A stretch of DNA of 64,000 nucleotides from an uncultured Candidatus Saccharibacteria bacterium. GTDB lineage: Bacteria; Patescibacteriota; Saccharimonadia; Saccharimonadales; UBA4665. The position numbers and the translations under genes are program-made. The stretch spans positions 2,826-66,825 of the forward strand of contig CAZAFC010000001.1 in NCBI GenBank assembly GCA_964484675.1, in the 5' to 3' direction. Shown piece after piece: positions 36,754 through 48,067 of the stretch. Within the stretch, counting starts at the first letter, position 1. Each line of letters begins with the position of its first letter. Below the pieces are notes generated by a model. It was not told the DNA's origin. It saw only the letters and a list, made by a program, of their open reading frames with translations, and ran no database searches.

Positions 36754-37989
36754 CTACAGCGCGCGCGGCAAACGATCGCTCAAAATGCGAATGCCTTCTG
36801 GCGTAATGAGCACGTCGTCTTCGATGCGCACGCCGATGTCCTCATCGCGGATGTACATACCGGGCTCGACGGTTAGCACCATGCCAGGCTCAAGCGGCCG
36901 GGCATAATCGCCGACGTCGTGCGTGTCGAGCCCGAGAAAATGCGACGTCGGGTGTGGATAAAATTGCCGCACAGCGTCCCGATCGATACTCTTAATGAGC
37001 CCAAGCTCACGCAATTTCTCGCCCATAAATTGCTCGATCTGCTCTTCGTACGCGTGGATAACGACGCCGGGGCGAAGGAGCGAAAACGCGAACGCCTGCA
37101 CGGCCAGCACAGCATCGAATACTTGCTGCTGGCGGCGCGACGGCCGCTCGCCGAGGCTCACCGTCCGCGTGATATCGGCCGCGTAATTGCAATATTCAGC
37201 CCCCACGTCGAGGGTCAGCAAATCGCCTCGCGCTAGCGGCGCTTCATTTTTGACATTATGCAGCACACAAGCACGCTCGCCGCTGGCAACGATCGGGCTG
37301 AAGGCATGGCCGGCCGTTTGGCGGCGAAATCCGCGCGTTATGTCGGCCTCCACTTCATATTCGTACGCATATTTCGCGAGCTGGGACGGTCGAGTCACAA
37401 CCTTAAGTGTGTCGATCGTGATGTCGATCGCCCGCTGAATTGCCGCAAGCTCAACCGGCTGTTTCACCATCCGCATCCGCGTCACATGCTGCCGGACATC
37501 AAGCAGCTCTAGCTCAGCGTTCACCTGCTTCATACGCTGCATAAGCTGTGCTCGCGCCGGATTGCTAAACATGCCGAACTCTTCGATATACACCGGAGCC
37601 GCGCTCAATGTCGCCGCATGCTGCACACGCTTCAGGCGCGCCTCAAGCTGACGCCAGCCGTCTTTTTCGTTCATGATGTCAGAAACTCCCGAACGCTGCT
37701 CAAGCTCGTGCAGATCGACGGCGCCATCAAACACCGCGCGCCGATCGTCACGGCCGGGCACAATCAAGTATTCCTTGCCGCGGTCCATCACCAAAATAAC
37801 GCCGGGCTCGTCGATGCCCGTGAGATACCAAAAATGTCCGTCCTGCCGAAACGGAAATGTTTGATCGGCATTGCGCTGGAGCGCGCCGTTGGCCGTGAGC
37901 ACAATCGGTGCCGTACCGGTGAAAAGTTCTCGCAGCCGCGCGCGGTTACCAGCAAAAAACGCGCTATCAAACTCAGGCTCGTCAGACAT
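36754..37989 (-). CDS. Xaa-Pro aminopeptidase (M24B)
   Basis: Creatinase-like N-domain plus M24 metal ligands (LDVGAEYCNYAADITR, HPTSHFLGLDTHD, VLTVEPGMY, VRIEDDV). Start at MSDEPEF (37989). Confidence 0.9.
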   Translation of the reverse strand: MSDEPEFDSAFFAGNRARLRELFTGTAPIVLTANGALQRNADQTFPFRQDGHFWYLTGIDEPGVILVMDRGKEYLIVPGRDDRRAVFDGAVDLHELEQRSGVSDIMNEKDGWRQLEARLKRVQHAATLSAAPVYIEEFGMFSNPARAQLMQRMKQVNAELELLDVRQHVTRMRMVKQPVELAAIQRAIDITIDTLKVVTRPSQLAKYAYEYEVEADITRGFRRQTAGHAFSPIVASGERACVLHNVKNEAPLARGDLLTLDVGAEYCNYAADITRTVSLGERPSRRQQQVFDAVLAVQAFAFSLLRPGVVIHAYEEQIEQFMGEKLRELGLIKSIDRDAVRQFYPHPTSHFLGLDTHDVGDYARPLEPGMVLTVEPGMYIRDEDIGVRIEDDVLITPEGIRILSDRLPRAL

Positions 37990-38083
37990 ACATCTAGCGT
38001 AGCACACCTGCGCAAGCCTGGCTCAATCACTCTTTTGGCGATCGGCGTTTTTATTCGCTGTTGCCGCACTCGGCTGAGATTGT

Positions 38084-38887
38084 ATGCGCGTTTTATACGC
38101 TATTAACCGTTCCTTGCTGTCAAAACTGCTCTTTTTTGGGCTTGCCAGCGCGTGGTATACTTCGGCTATGCAGCTTTTGCTTAAAGTCCGACTGAGCATC
38201 TTTTTCTTCCTTCTGCTGGCGTTTTATCTCTGTATATCGTTTTCGATTCACAGCCGCACATTGTCGCCTGCTGCACTGACACTTTTTTCGGTGAACTCAT
38301 TTTTATATGGATTTTACATTTCACCAATTTTGGGTAGCCAAAAGCAGCGCATCGAGGACCTTTCGCGGATTATTCGCGCCGAGAGTAACGCATTATTCGA
38401 TATGCTTATCAAAACCAAAAAGCTGCCACGCCATTCGCGCAATACATTGCAGGCCAAATTCACCGCCTACGTCCAGGCCTGTGTCGCCCAGCGGCGGCCG
38501 GCCGAAGGCGAAGACGAATATGAGCAGCTCATTTCATATTGCCTCGAATACGACGGCGAACAGCCCGAAATCGTCGAGAAGATTCTCGGCGGTCTGGTGG
38601 CCAATCAGGCCAATCGCTCGCAGCTGGCCATGCAGCTGGGTAACAATGTTTTTAATAATGAATGGTGGATTATTCTCGTGCTATTCAGCATCACCGACGG
38701 ATTCGTGTTGTTCTTGAGCGTGCAAAACAGCCCGCTGCTGAATTTCGTCAAGGCGCTGCTATGCACCGGCCTCACCATGTTGCTGCTGAATTTGCTCAAA
38801 CTTAGCACGCTTACTCACAAAAAAGCGCGGCACATCTGGGATCCGCTCGAAAAGCTCGAAACCAGTCGTTTTCGTCGCACGGATTAG
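38084..38887 (+). CDS. Membrane protein of unknown function (2+2 TM, DUF4239-like layout)
   Basis: 267-aa ORF of lower GC, with TM pairs at both ends flanking a soluble helical middle. Confidence 0.6.
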   Translation: MRVLYAINRSLLSKLLFFGLASAWYTSAMQLLLKVRLSIFFFLLLAFYLCISFSIHSRTLSPAALTLFSVNSFLYGFYISPILGSQKQRIEDLSRIIRAESNALFDMLIKTKKLPRHSRNTLQAKFTAYVQACVAQRRPAEGEDEYEQLISYCLEYDGEQPEIVEKILGGLVANQANRSQLAMQLGNNVFNNEWWIILVLFSITDGFVLFLSVQNSPLLNFVKALLCTGLTMLLLNLLKLSTLTHKKARHIWDPLEKLETSRFRRTD

Positions 38888-38951
38888 CCGACACTTTTTC
38901 GCTTTCGTTTGTATCTCGCCCGCCTGGATGAGCGCTGCCGGGGGACTGGCG

Positions 38952-38981
38952 TTGACAAACGGATTCACTGATGCCTAAGAT
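38952..38981 (+). promoter_or_regulatory. Candidate sigma-70 promoter
   Basis: TTGACA (38952-38957), 18-nt spacer, TAAGAT (38976-38981), about 110 nt upstream of ATG 39091. Confidence 0.4.
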
Positions 38982-39090
38982 CTATGAGTCGCCATGCATC
39001 GCTATGGTCGATGCCCCTTGAAGCCTTGTCCCGTTGCTAATAGTCGGTTTTTGCATAATGAATCCCATTTCCTACCCGAAAGGATGCCGC

Positions 39091-39912
39091 ATGTCAAACG
39101 ACACGTCGAGCAGGCACGACAAACGTACAGGCGCGCTCATCCCCGATCGCCACGAGCTTTGGTTCCGCATCCACAAAGTTCTGATGGGTGCGTCGGGCAC
39201 GAGCAAGTTCTGCGAAATGCTCGAGCATGACGCCGGCAAAGAGCTGAACGCCGAAGAAATCGCCATCATGCTCCGCACGGCTTTCGCCGGAATGATGCTC
39301 CACACACCCTACGCTGATCGGCACATTGTCACGCGGCATTCTCTCCGGGAGTTTGCCGCTGCGATCGTTGACGACGAGCAGGTGCTTGCCGACGTTATTT
39401 GTCGCCTCAGCACCCTCGAGAATAACGAGGAAAAGCCGTCGGGCTATGAGCCCTGCCCGCCGCGGCCCTGGCTCGGCGAGAGCGCCAAAAGGGAGCTCAT
39501 CGCCCAAGTCAAGCTGTTCATCCGCGCCTACAGCCAAGAAATCGCTGGCCCAGGCGAGGATCAAACCCTTTGCCGTTTCAACCTCTATCCGTTCTACAAT
39601 CAGACTGCCAGCGGCATGTTTCTGGCGTTCAAAGGCGCAAGTCCCAGGCAACTGTGGCTTCCGTGGGGTTTGTGCAGTCTGGTGACTCGGGTCGACGATC
39701 CAGCGCGTGTTGCCGCCTTCCTGGCGAGGCTGGAACTCGAGCGCGTCGTGCCCAATTCTGCTAACATCGGCGATCTCCACGGCCCGGTGTTTGCCGTGCT
39801 CGCGCTCGACGACAAGCCGCTGCACCGGCCAGTCCAGCTCACCGACCACAGGCAGTTCACTTACACCGCTTCAGCCAAGGAGGAGTGGGAGCGCCTATTC
39901 AACCCAGAATAG
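39091..39912 (+). CDS. Hypothetical protein (high-GC orphan)
   Basis: AAAGGA SD before ATG 39091. Third-codon positions are strongly GC-rich in this frame. No motif recognised. Confidence 0.6.
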   Translation: MSNDTSSRHDKRTGALIPDRHELWFRIHKVLMGASGTSKFCEMLEHDAGKELNAEEIAIMLRTAFAGMMLHTPYADRHIVTRHSLREFAAAIVDDEQVLADVICRLSTLENNEEKPSGYEPCPPRPWLGESAKRELIAQVKLFIRAYSQEIAGPGEDQTLCRFNLYPFYNQTASGMFLAFKGASPRQLWLPWGLCSLVTRVDDPARVAAFLARLELERVVPNSANIGDLHGPVFAVLALDDKPLHRPVQLTDHRQFTYTASAKEEWERLFNPE

Positions 39913-40064
39913 CAAGGAGACCAAGAGCTTAGTGCGGAAGGATGTTGTGACAACAGCTCACAAAGCCTTCCGCACTCTTAATTTTTAGTTATTTATCTGC
40001 GGCTGCTATTCTGCATTCTGCGGCCCAAACACGTGCGACTTTTTTGGGGTCATTTCGAGATAAT

Positions 40065-41573
40065 TTACGCCCCTGGCTTGCCAAGCTGTGCATACACTGT
40101 CACGGCGCGAGCCTCGCCAATCACCACGGCAATTTCAAGCTGGCTCGCTTGGCGCACACCTTGCAAACTGCCGAACGCGCGGATAAGTTTTTTGCGCGTC
40201 ACCGGGCCCACGCCCGGAATGTCGTCGAGTAAGCTAGCCGTTTGGCGTTTGCCCTTGAGCACGGTGTGATAGCTCACAGCAAATCGATGCGATTCGTCAC
40301 GCACCCGCTGCAATAGCTTCACGATGTCGGAACTTTTCGGCAGCAGAATGAGCCAAAAGTCGTCGCTCTCATGCACAATCGCGTTCATTTTTTGCAGCTC
40401 AATTTTGGAAACATGTACCCGCGATTTTTCGAGATGCACGACGATTTCTTCTTCGCGCTTCGCAAGTCCAACCATCGGCCGCGCGATACCCAGCTCATCG
40501 CGGGCCCGAATCGCCGCCGCCACCTGCCCCTTGCCGCCGTCGATCAAAAACAGATCAGGCAAGCCCCACGCCTGGACATTCTTGGGCGAGCAGCGGCGCG
40601 AAATCGCTTCGTGCATATGCGCAAAATCGTCGTTGCCCGGAATGCGCATCTTGAACTTTCGGTAGGCAGCTTTGTCCGGGATGCCGTTCGTGAACACCAC
40701 ACCACTCGCCACGTTGTCGGTGCCTTGCATGTGGCTGATGTCATAGCCCTCGATCCGCCGCGGAATTTTCTCCAGTCCCAGCAAATCAGCCAGCCCTTGC
40801 AGGCCGCGGTCCTTGCTAATATCCATAAATTCTTTGTCCGAAAACACAATCTGCTTCGCCAGCGCCTTCAGCGCGAAATACTGGTTGCGAATCGCCGCCG
40901 CCCGCTCAAAATCCTGGCGCTTGGCGGCGCGCTGCATGTCGTGCTCCATGTCGTCGATCACTTTTTGCCGCTCGCCGCGCAAATATTGCATGAGCTTGCG
41001 CAAGTTGGCACGGTAATCGTTCAGGCTGGTTTTGTGTTCCTCGAGCCCCGGACACAACCCCAAATGATATTGCAAACACGCGCGCTGAGGCACCACGCCG
41101 GCATGCGTGGAGTACGGAAACACCTTGCGCAGATAGCGCAGTGCCCGCTTGACCTCGCCGCCATTGAAAAACGGGCCGAAATATTTCGCCTTGTCGTCGA
41201 GCGGCTGATGCGTGTAGCTCACCGACGGATACGGCGCATCGTAGTTTATCCGCACGTACAAGCTGCTCTTGTCATCGCGCAGCAAAATGTTGTAGCGCGG
41301 CATATAGCGCCGCACCATTTCCGCTTCGAGAAACAGCGCGTCGAGCTCGCTCTCCACAGTCGTCCAGTCGGTATCGTGGATTTCGGCAATCAGCGCATCG
41401 GTCTTCGGATCGCGCCGCCGCGACTGCTGAAAATACTGCCGCACGCGATTTTTGAGCACCGCCGCCTTGCCCACGTAAATAATCTCGCCGGATTTGTCTT
41501 TGTGAAAATACACGCCCGGCTGATTGGGCAGATTCTTGAGCTTTTCCGCAAGCGCGTCGTTTACTTTGGCCAT
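40065..41573 (-). CDS. uvrC: Excinuclease ABC subunit C (UvrC)
   Basis: GIY-YIG N-terminus (GVYFHKDKSGEIIYVGKA), UVR domain (FERAAAIRNQ), endonuclease V-like domain and C-terminal (HhH)2. Start at MAKVND (41573), with TATAAT 6 nt upstream. Confidence 0.92.
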   Translation of the reverse strand: MAKVNDALAEKLKNLPNQPGVYFHKDKSGEIIYVGKAAVLKNRVRQYFQQSRRRDPKTDALIAEIHDTDWTTVESELDALFLEAEMVRRYMPRYNILLRDDKSSLYVRINYDAPYPSVSYTHQPLDDKAKYFGPFFNGGEVKRALRYLRKVFPYSTHAGVVPQRACLQYHLGLCPGLEEHKTSLNDYRANLRKLMQYLRGERQKVIDDMEHDMQRAAKRQDFERAAAIRNQYFALKALAKQIVFSDKEFMDISKDRGLQGLADLLGLEKIPRRIEGYDISHMQGTDNVASGVVFTNGIPDKAAYRKFKMRIPGNDDFAHMHEAISRRCSPKNVQAWGLPDLFLIDGGKGQVAAAIRARDELGIARPMVGLAKREEEIVVHLEKSRVHVSKIELQKMNAIVHESDDFWLILLPKSSDIVKLLQRVRDESHRFAVSYHTVLKGKRQTASLLDDIPGVGPVTRKKLIRAFGSLQGVRQASQLEIAVVIGEARAVTVYAQLGKPGA

Positions 41574-41738
41574 AGGATTATTATACAAGAGACGCGACAG
41601 CGGCGCACGCGGCCTCGGCTGCCCAATTCACGAGCGCTCCTGATTGAGTCTCCGGGCCATGTCTGCTACACTCCGGGGGCTCGCCAACCACACACGTGGA
41701 TCAGAGGCAGCACATTCCGAGACAAGAGAAGGAAGACC

Positions 41739-42203
41739 ATGATCGGCAAGATCAGGCCAATCGCAGCGGCAGTGGCAATCGCCTGCTGTTTCGCGCTCAG
41801 CGGCTGCAAGTCGACCAGCGGATCATCGGGTTCGTCGGGCGGCTCATCAGGAGGCTCTGTTTCAGTTCAAACCCAGAGCAGCGCACCGTATGTCGGCAGC
41901 TCAAGAGGCAGCCTCAAGGACCGCGGAGACGATGGCCCGAACAACAACTCATCGAGCGAGATCCCGCCGGCCGACGCCGAGGGGTATCTGCGGCTGGCTG
42001 CACAGTACGCCGACCACGTCAGAATCAACAATGCGCAGCCAGCGCTCTGCCAATCAGCACTGGACAGCTACAACTTCGAGGTCGGCGAACTGGACAAGCT
42101 CAACCATGGCGACAAGGAGGCTACTAAAGCAATGCTGACAACCAAGAACCTGGTGCGAGACCTCACCTGTGAGAGCAGCGATGTAGGAGGAGGCAAGCAC
42201 TAA
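41739..42203 (+). CDS. Lipoprotein (lipobox LSGC, Gly/Ser linker)
   Basis: Only the last 154 codons of the 610-aa antisense-of-uvrC ORF are used. GAAGGAAG SD. MIGKIRPIAAAVAIACCFALSGCKSTSGSSGSSGGSSGGS. Confidence 0.7.
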   Translation: MIGKIRPIAAAVAIACCFALSGCKSTSGSSGSSGGSSGGSVSVQTQSSAPYVGSSRGSLKDRGDDGPNNNSSSEIPPADAEGYLRLAAQYADHVRINNAQPALCQSALDSYNFEVGELDKLNHGDKEATKAMLTTKNLVRDLTCESSDVGGGKH

Positions 42204-42483
42204 TCCTGTTCCGAGGCGGATGGGCCATGCGCGTATCGCTATCTGCGGCACCACGTGGCCCAGCTGCCCTCCGGTTTTGCTTCGTTTTTGGCCCAGCCCA
42301 CTTCTCTTGTCTCTTTTTACACAGGAGCCTGACGTATAGCTTCGTCATTTGTTTTTCTTGCTTTCTTGAAACTCGCGCATTTTCTAGAATATTATATGGT
42401 ATGGTAATCTGGCCAAAAAATTGGTATACTGAGGCGTTGTTCGCAAACCGCGAAATAACGCTCCGACAAGAGAAGAGGAAGCC

Positions 42484-42942
42484 ATGACAGTCAAAGTCAG
42501 GGCATTTGGGAGTGTGGCGATAGCCATTCTCAGCTGCGTGCTGAGCGGCTGCCAGAGCTCAACCAGTGGATCATCCGGTTCGTCGGGCGGGTCTTCAGGA
42601 GGATCGAGCGTGCACCTCATCCCTCCCGCCAGCTCGTCGACTACGCCCGCCAGGCAACAGACGCGGACGCTGCCGCCGGGGACTGAAGTGTGGAGCTCGA
42701 TGTCGTCCGATGACATCATGCAGCAGCTCACGTGGGACTACACGGCCTACAGGAACGACCAGAACCCGCCGGCAAAGCCCACGCTGCTGGCACCCCCTCA
42801 GCACGTCAGAACCTACCCTAAGTGCAGCGACTTCCAGCTTGACTACAATGCGGGCACGGAGTACCTGCGTACCAGCAAACAAGATGGCCTGCTGACGGTC
42901 AACAACCTCCCGGGCAAGCTGGACGCCTGCACGCATTCGTAA
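42484..42942 (+). CDS. Lipoprotein, N-terminal paralog of 41739-42203
   Basis: MTVKVRAFGSVAIAILSCVLSGCQSSTSGSSGSSGGSSGGS. Conserved translation-initiation region. Divergent C-terminal domain. Confidence 0.7.
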   Translation: MTVKVRAFGSVAIAILSCVLSGCQSSTSGSSGSSGGSSGGSSVHLIPPASSSTTPARQQTRTLPPGTEVWSSMSSDDIMQQLTWDYTAYRNDQNPPAKPTLLAPPQHVRTYPKCSDFQLDYNAGTEYLRTSKQDGLLTVNNLPGKLDACTHS

Positions 42943-43050
42943 CGATCTCGACGCGGCCAATGCGGCCGGGCGATGTGTGTTGCACACAACGCACATCGCC
43001 CGGCCGACGTCGCCTTGCCCAGAACGCCACCTTTCTCTTGTCGGAACTTT

Positions 43051-43947
43051 TTATTCAGTCATCATCTTTGGGTCAAATTGCTTCGTGCAATCGAGGCAAT
43101 ACTGCTTTTCGGGCACGCACGCCGGGCAGATTAGCACGAGCTTGTTGCAAGCTTTGACGGCGCAGTTTTCGTAATTGCTCGTCCTGCTCGAGCAGTGAAT
43201 ACACGCGCCGATGTCTTTGGAATCGCCCGAAAATTGCACGCCCATGCGGTCATCGAACACATACAGCGAGCCTTCCCACAAGCCTTTGTCGCCATACTTT
43301 TCGCCGTACTTCACGATGCCGCCATCCATTTGGTACACCTCTTTGAAGCCGCGATTTTTCATCAGGCTCGAGAGAATTTCGCAGCGAATCCCGCCGGTGC
43401 AATAGGTGACCACTGGCCTGTCTTTTATGTCGTCGTATTTGTCACTGTCGAGTTCTTTCAGAAAGTCTTTGCTCGTGCGAGTATCTGGCACGACGGCGTT
43501 TTGGAACTTACCGACTTGAGCTTCAAACGCGTTGCGGCCGTCGAAAAATACCACATCATCGCCGCGTTCTTCCACGAGCTTATGCACTTGCTCGGGCTTG
43601 AGATGCACGCCGCCGCCGACCACGCCATTTTTATCTACCCGCAGCTCATCCGCGACGCCAAATGACACGATTTCGTCGCGCACTTTGACGCTCAAGCGCG
43701 GAAAATCGTCACGGCCGCCATCGCTCCACTTGAACTCGGTTCCCTTGAACGCCCCGAACTGCTTCGTCTGTTTTACGTATGCCTTGAGCGCCTCGAGCTC
43801 GCCGCCCACCGTGCCATTGATGCCGTGTTTCGAAATCAGAATCCGCCCGCGCAAGTTCAGGCTTTCGCACAAGGTTTTCTGCCAAAATTTCACCGCCTCC
43901 GGGTCGCTCAGCGGCGTAAATTTGTAGTAAAGCAATATTTTCTGCAT
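43051..43947 (-). CDS. trhO: Rhodanese-domain protein UPF0176 / tRNA U34 hydroxylase TrhO-like
   Basis: [19 protein letters not shown]...[16 protein letters not shown], a rhodanese active-site loop YCTGGIRCE, and a C-terminal Cys cluster. Start moved to 43947. Confidence 0.85.
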   Translation of the reverse strand: MQKILLYYKFTPLSDPEAVKFWQKTLCESLNLRGRILISKHGINGTVGGELEALKAYVKQTKQFGAFKGTEFKWSDGGRDDFPRLSVKVRDEIVSFGVADELRVDKNGVVGGGVHLKPEQVHKLVEERGDDVVFFDGRNAFEAQVGKFQNAVVPDTRTSKDFLKELDSDKYDDIKDRPVVTYCTGGIRCEILSSLMKNRGFKEVYQMDGGIVKYGEKYGDKGLWEGSLYVFDDRMGVQFSGDSKDIGACIHCSSRTSNYENCAVKACNKLVLICPACVPEKQYCLDCTKQFDPKMMTE

Positions 43948-43976
43948 TGCTGCAATTTTAACAAATGATTTTTGTT

Positions 43977-44006
43977 TTGTCAGCACCGAGCGGTGTGTGA
44001 TACAAT
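43977..44006 (+). promoter_or_regulatory. Candidate promoter of the ABC exporter pair
   Basis: TTGTCA (43977-43982), 18-nt spacer including TG, TACAAT (44001-44006). This implies a ~210-nt leader. Confidence 0.4.
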
Positions 44007-44221
44007 CTGAGCTATATTTTATCGGCATAACGGAAAGGCGACAATGGCTCACTCATATACATCCCAGGCACATGTCGCGACCGCCGCTATGTGCACCCAA
44101 ACTCGTTAATTCATTATTTGCGCTCGCTGTCGCGCCCCTGGAGCAATCGCAGGCTTATCCTCTCAGCCGCCAACTCCCAAAAATCAACCACCAATTATAA
44201 ATAACTGATAAAGGATCAGCT

Positions 44222-45991
<1,770 letters not shown>

Positions 45992-46043
45992 TTCACGGCG
46001 GATAACGTACCAGATCCACATTTTCAGAACAGAAAGGAGCTCT

Positions 46044-47816
46044 ATGAATAGCACTACAGCAACCTTGCGCCTCTATTGGCACCACGTGTGGCAATACCCG
46101 CGGTACGTCGTGGGTGTCGCTGTAAGCGTGCCACTTGCGGTACTCGTCAACCAATTTTTGCCGCCGCTCATTCTGGCCTCGGTTGTCATTCGTTTGAGCC
46201 AGCACAAATTCCAGCCACACCATGTGTGGGCAAGCTTCGGGCCAAGCCTGATCGCGTATTTGCTGCTCGTGGTTTTCGGGGGTGTGGTACTGTGGCGACT
46301 GGTCGATTACCTCAACTTCAAGCTCGAGGGCAACGTGGAGCGCGACATGGCGCAGCGTGTGTTTGGGCATTTGCTCAACCAGAGCGCCAGTTTCCACGCC
46401 AACCATTTTAGTGGTTCGATGGTGTCACAGACGAATAAGCTGCTCGGCTCGTACATTCGATTTGCCGACACGACAATGTTCCAGGTGATGCCGCTGTTCT
46501 CAAGCCTGATTATTGCGTCCGTTATTTTGATGCATCGCGCACCGGTGTTTGTGCTCGCGCTGGACACTTTTTGGGTTGTGTACATTGTGACGGCGTTTTT
46601 CGTGACCAAAGGCATCCGCGAAAGCGGAAGCAAGCACGCCGCGACCGAGAGTAGACAGACTGGCTACTTGGCCGATGCAATCACGAATGTCATGGCCATC
46701 AAAAGCTTTTCGGGCGGGAGATTTGAGCGGCGCGCGTTTGCCAAAGCCACCCGCGACACCGAAAGCCAGCTCATGCACATGATGCGCGCTCACTCCCGTC
46801 AGCAGATCTACTTCGGCTCGCTCATCAACCTCATTCTGGCAATGTCGCTGGTAACTGCCGTGGTAAGCGTTATGGAATGGCATGCCAACATCGCCACGGT
46901 GTTCCTGATCCTCAACTACACGTCGAGCATCACCAGCCAGCTGTTTTCGTTCAGCAACAACAGCTTGCGGAACTACAACCGATGCTTCGGCGATGCCGCC
47001 GAGATGGTGAAGATTTTGCACCAGGAGCCCGAGATTCAGGACAGCGCGCAGCCGCAAATGCCGCAAATCCGTAAAGGTGGCATCGTGTTCGACAATGTCA
47101 TATTCTCGCACGATGGCTCGGACGGAGCATTGTTCGAGAAGCTGAATCTCACGATTAAGCCCGGCGAAAAGATCGGCCTTGTCGGCCATTCCGGCTCGGG
47201 CAAGACAACGCTCACTCGTTTGCTACTGCGCTTCTCGGACATCGACGGCGGCGCGATTCGCATCGACGGCCAAAATGTTGCCGAGCTGCGCCAAGACGAC
47301 CTGCGCGCGCATATCGCCTACGTGCCGCAGGAACCGCTGCTCTTTCACCGAAGTTTGCGCGAGAATATCGCGTACGGCAAGCCCGGTGCCAGCGATGACG
47401 AAATCATTGCCGCAGCGCGCAAGGCCCACGCCGACGATTTCATCCGACTGCTGCCAGAAGGCTACGAGACATTGGTGGGCGAGCGCGGCGTGAAGCTCAG
47501 TGGCGGCCAGCGCCAGCGGATTGTCATTGCCCGCGCTATTCTCAAGGACGCGCCGATTTTGGTGCTCGACGAAGCCACGAGCGCGCTCGATTCGGAAAGC
47601 GAGCTGCTCATCCAGCAAGCGTTGCAGGAGCTGATGAAAAAGCGCACCACCATCGTGATTGCGCACCGGCTGAGCACGATTCAAAAGATGGATCGAATTA
47701 TCGTACTCGAGGATGGCGCAATTATCGAGCAAGGTACACACGCCGAACTCGTGCAGCGTAAAGGCACGTACGCGCAGCTATGGGCGCATCAGTCGGGCGG
47801 ATTTCTCGAAGCGTAA
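46044..47816 (+). CDS. ABC exporter half transporter, partner of 44222-45991
   Basis: AAAGGAG SD before ATG 46044 (the ORF-track start at 45876 overlaps the upstream gene). Same NBD motifs. Confidence 0.9.
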   Translation: MNSTTATLRLYWHHVWQYPRYVVGVAVSVPLAVLVNQFLPPLILASVVIRLSQHKFQPHHVWASFGPSLIAYLLLVVFGGVVLWRLVDYLNFKLEGNVERDMAQRVFGHLLNQSASFHANHFSGSMVSQTNKLLGSYIRFADTTMFQVMPLFSSLIIASVILMHRAPVFVLALDTFWVVYIVTAFFVTKGIRESGSKHAATESRQTGYLADAITNVMAIKSFSGGRFERRAFAKATRDTESQLMHMMRAHSRQQIYFGSLINLILAMSLVTAVVSVMEWHANIATVFLILNYTSSITSQLFSFSNNSLRNYNRCFGDAAEMVKILHQEPEIQDSAQPQMPQIRKGGIVFDNVIFSHDGSDGALFEKLNLTIKPGEKIGLVGHSGSGKTTLTRLLLRFSDIDGGAIRIDGQNVAELRQDDLRAHIAYVPQEPLLFHRSLRENIAYGKPGASDDEIIAAARKAHADDFIRLLPEGYETLVGERGVKLSGGQRQRIVIARAILKDAPILVLDEATSALDSESELLIQQALQELMKKRTTIVIAHRLSTIQKMDRIIVLEDGAIIEQGTHAELVQRKGTYAQLWAHQSGGFLEA

Positions 47817-48002
47817 AAAGCATAAAAGTAGGCGCGCCCTTCCGTGGTTCTAAGATCAGGAAGGGCGCGGCGTGCCACGGGTCAGTCAATCGAACTCCGC
47901 AGACCCGAGCGTGGCTAGCCACTACTGACAGTACCTGGCTAATCGCTCAGAACACGCTATCAAAAGCCGCCGCCGTTTGCGGGCTTTTCGGTATGATGGT
48001 CT

Positions 48003-48057
48003 GAAAATAAAAAGGCCCGACGAGTGGTGTTTTTTGCATAAAGCACCACTCGTCGGG
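48003..48057 (-). terminator. Rho-independent terminator of the 48068-49456 gene
   Basis: 14-bp perfect stem: CCCGACGAGTGGTG (48016-48029) pairs with CACCACTCGTCGGG (48044-48057). CCTTTTTATTTT follows on the minus strand. Confidence 0.7.
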
Positions 48058-48067
48058 TTAGCTGATT

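Noticed and set aside
35997-36806. 269-aa plus-strand ORF
   Set aside because: It is extremely basic (Arg/Lys/His/Gln-rich). It overlaps the pepP-like 3' end and the more protein-like minus-strand ORF.
40371-41738. First ~456 codons of the 610-aa plus-strand ORF 40371-42203
   Set aside because: It lies antisense to uvrC and is Arg/His/Leu-rich. Only the last 154 codons (from ATG 41739, with SD, signal peptide and lipobox) look like a real gene.
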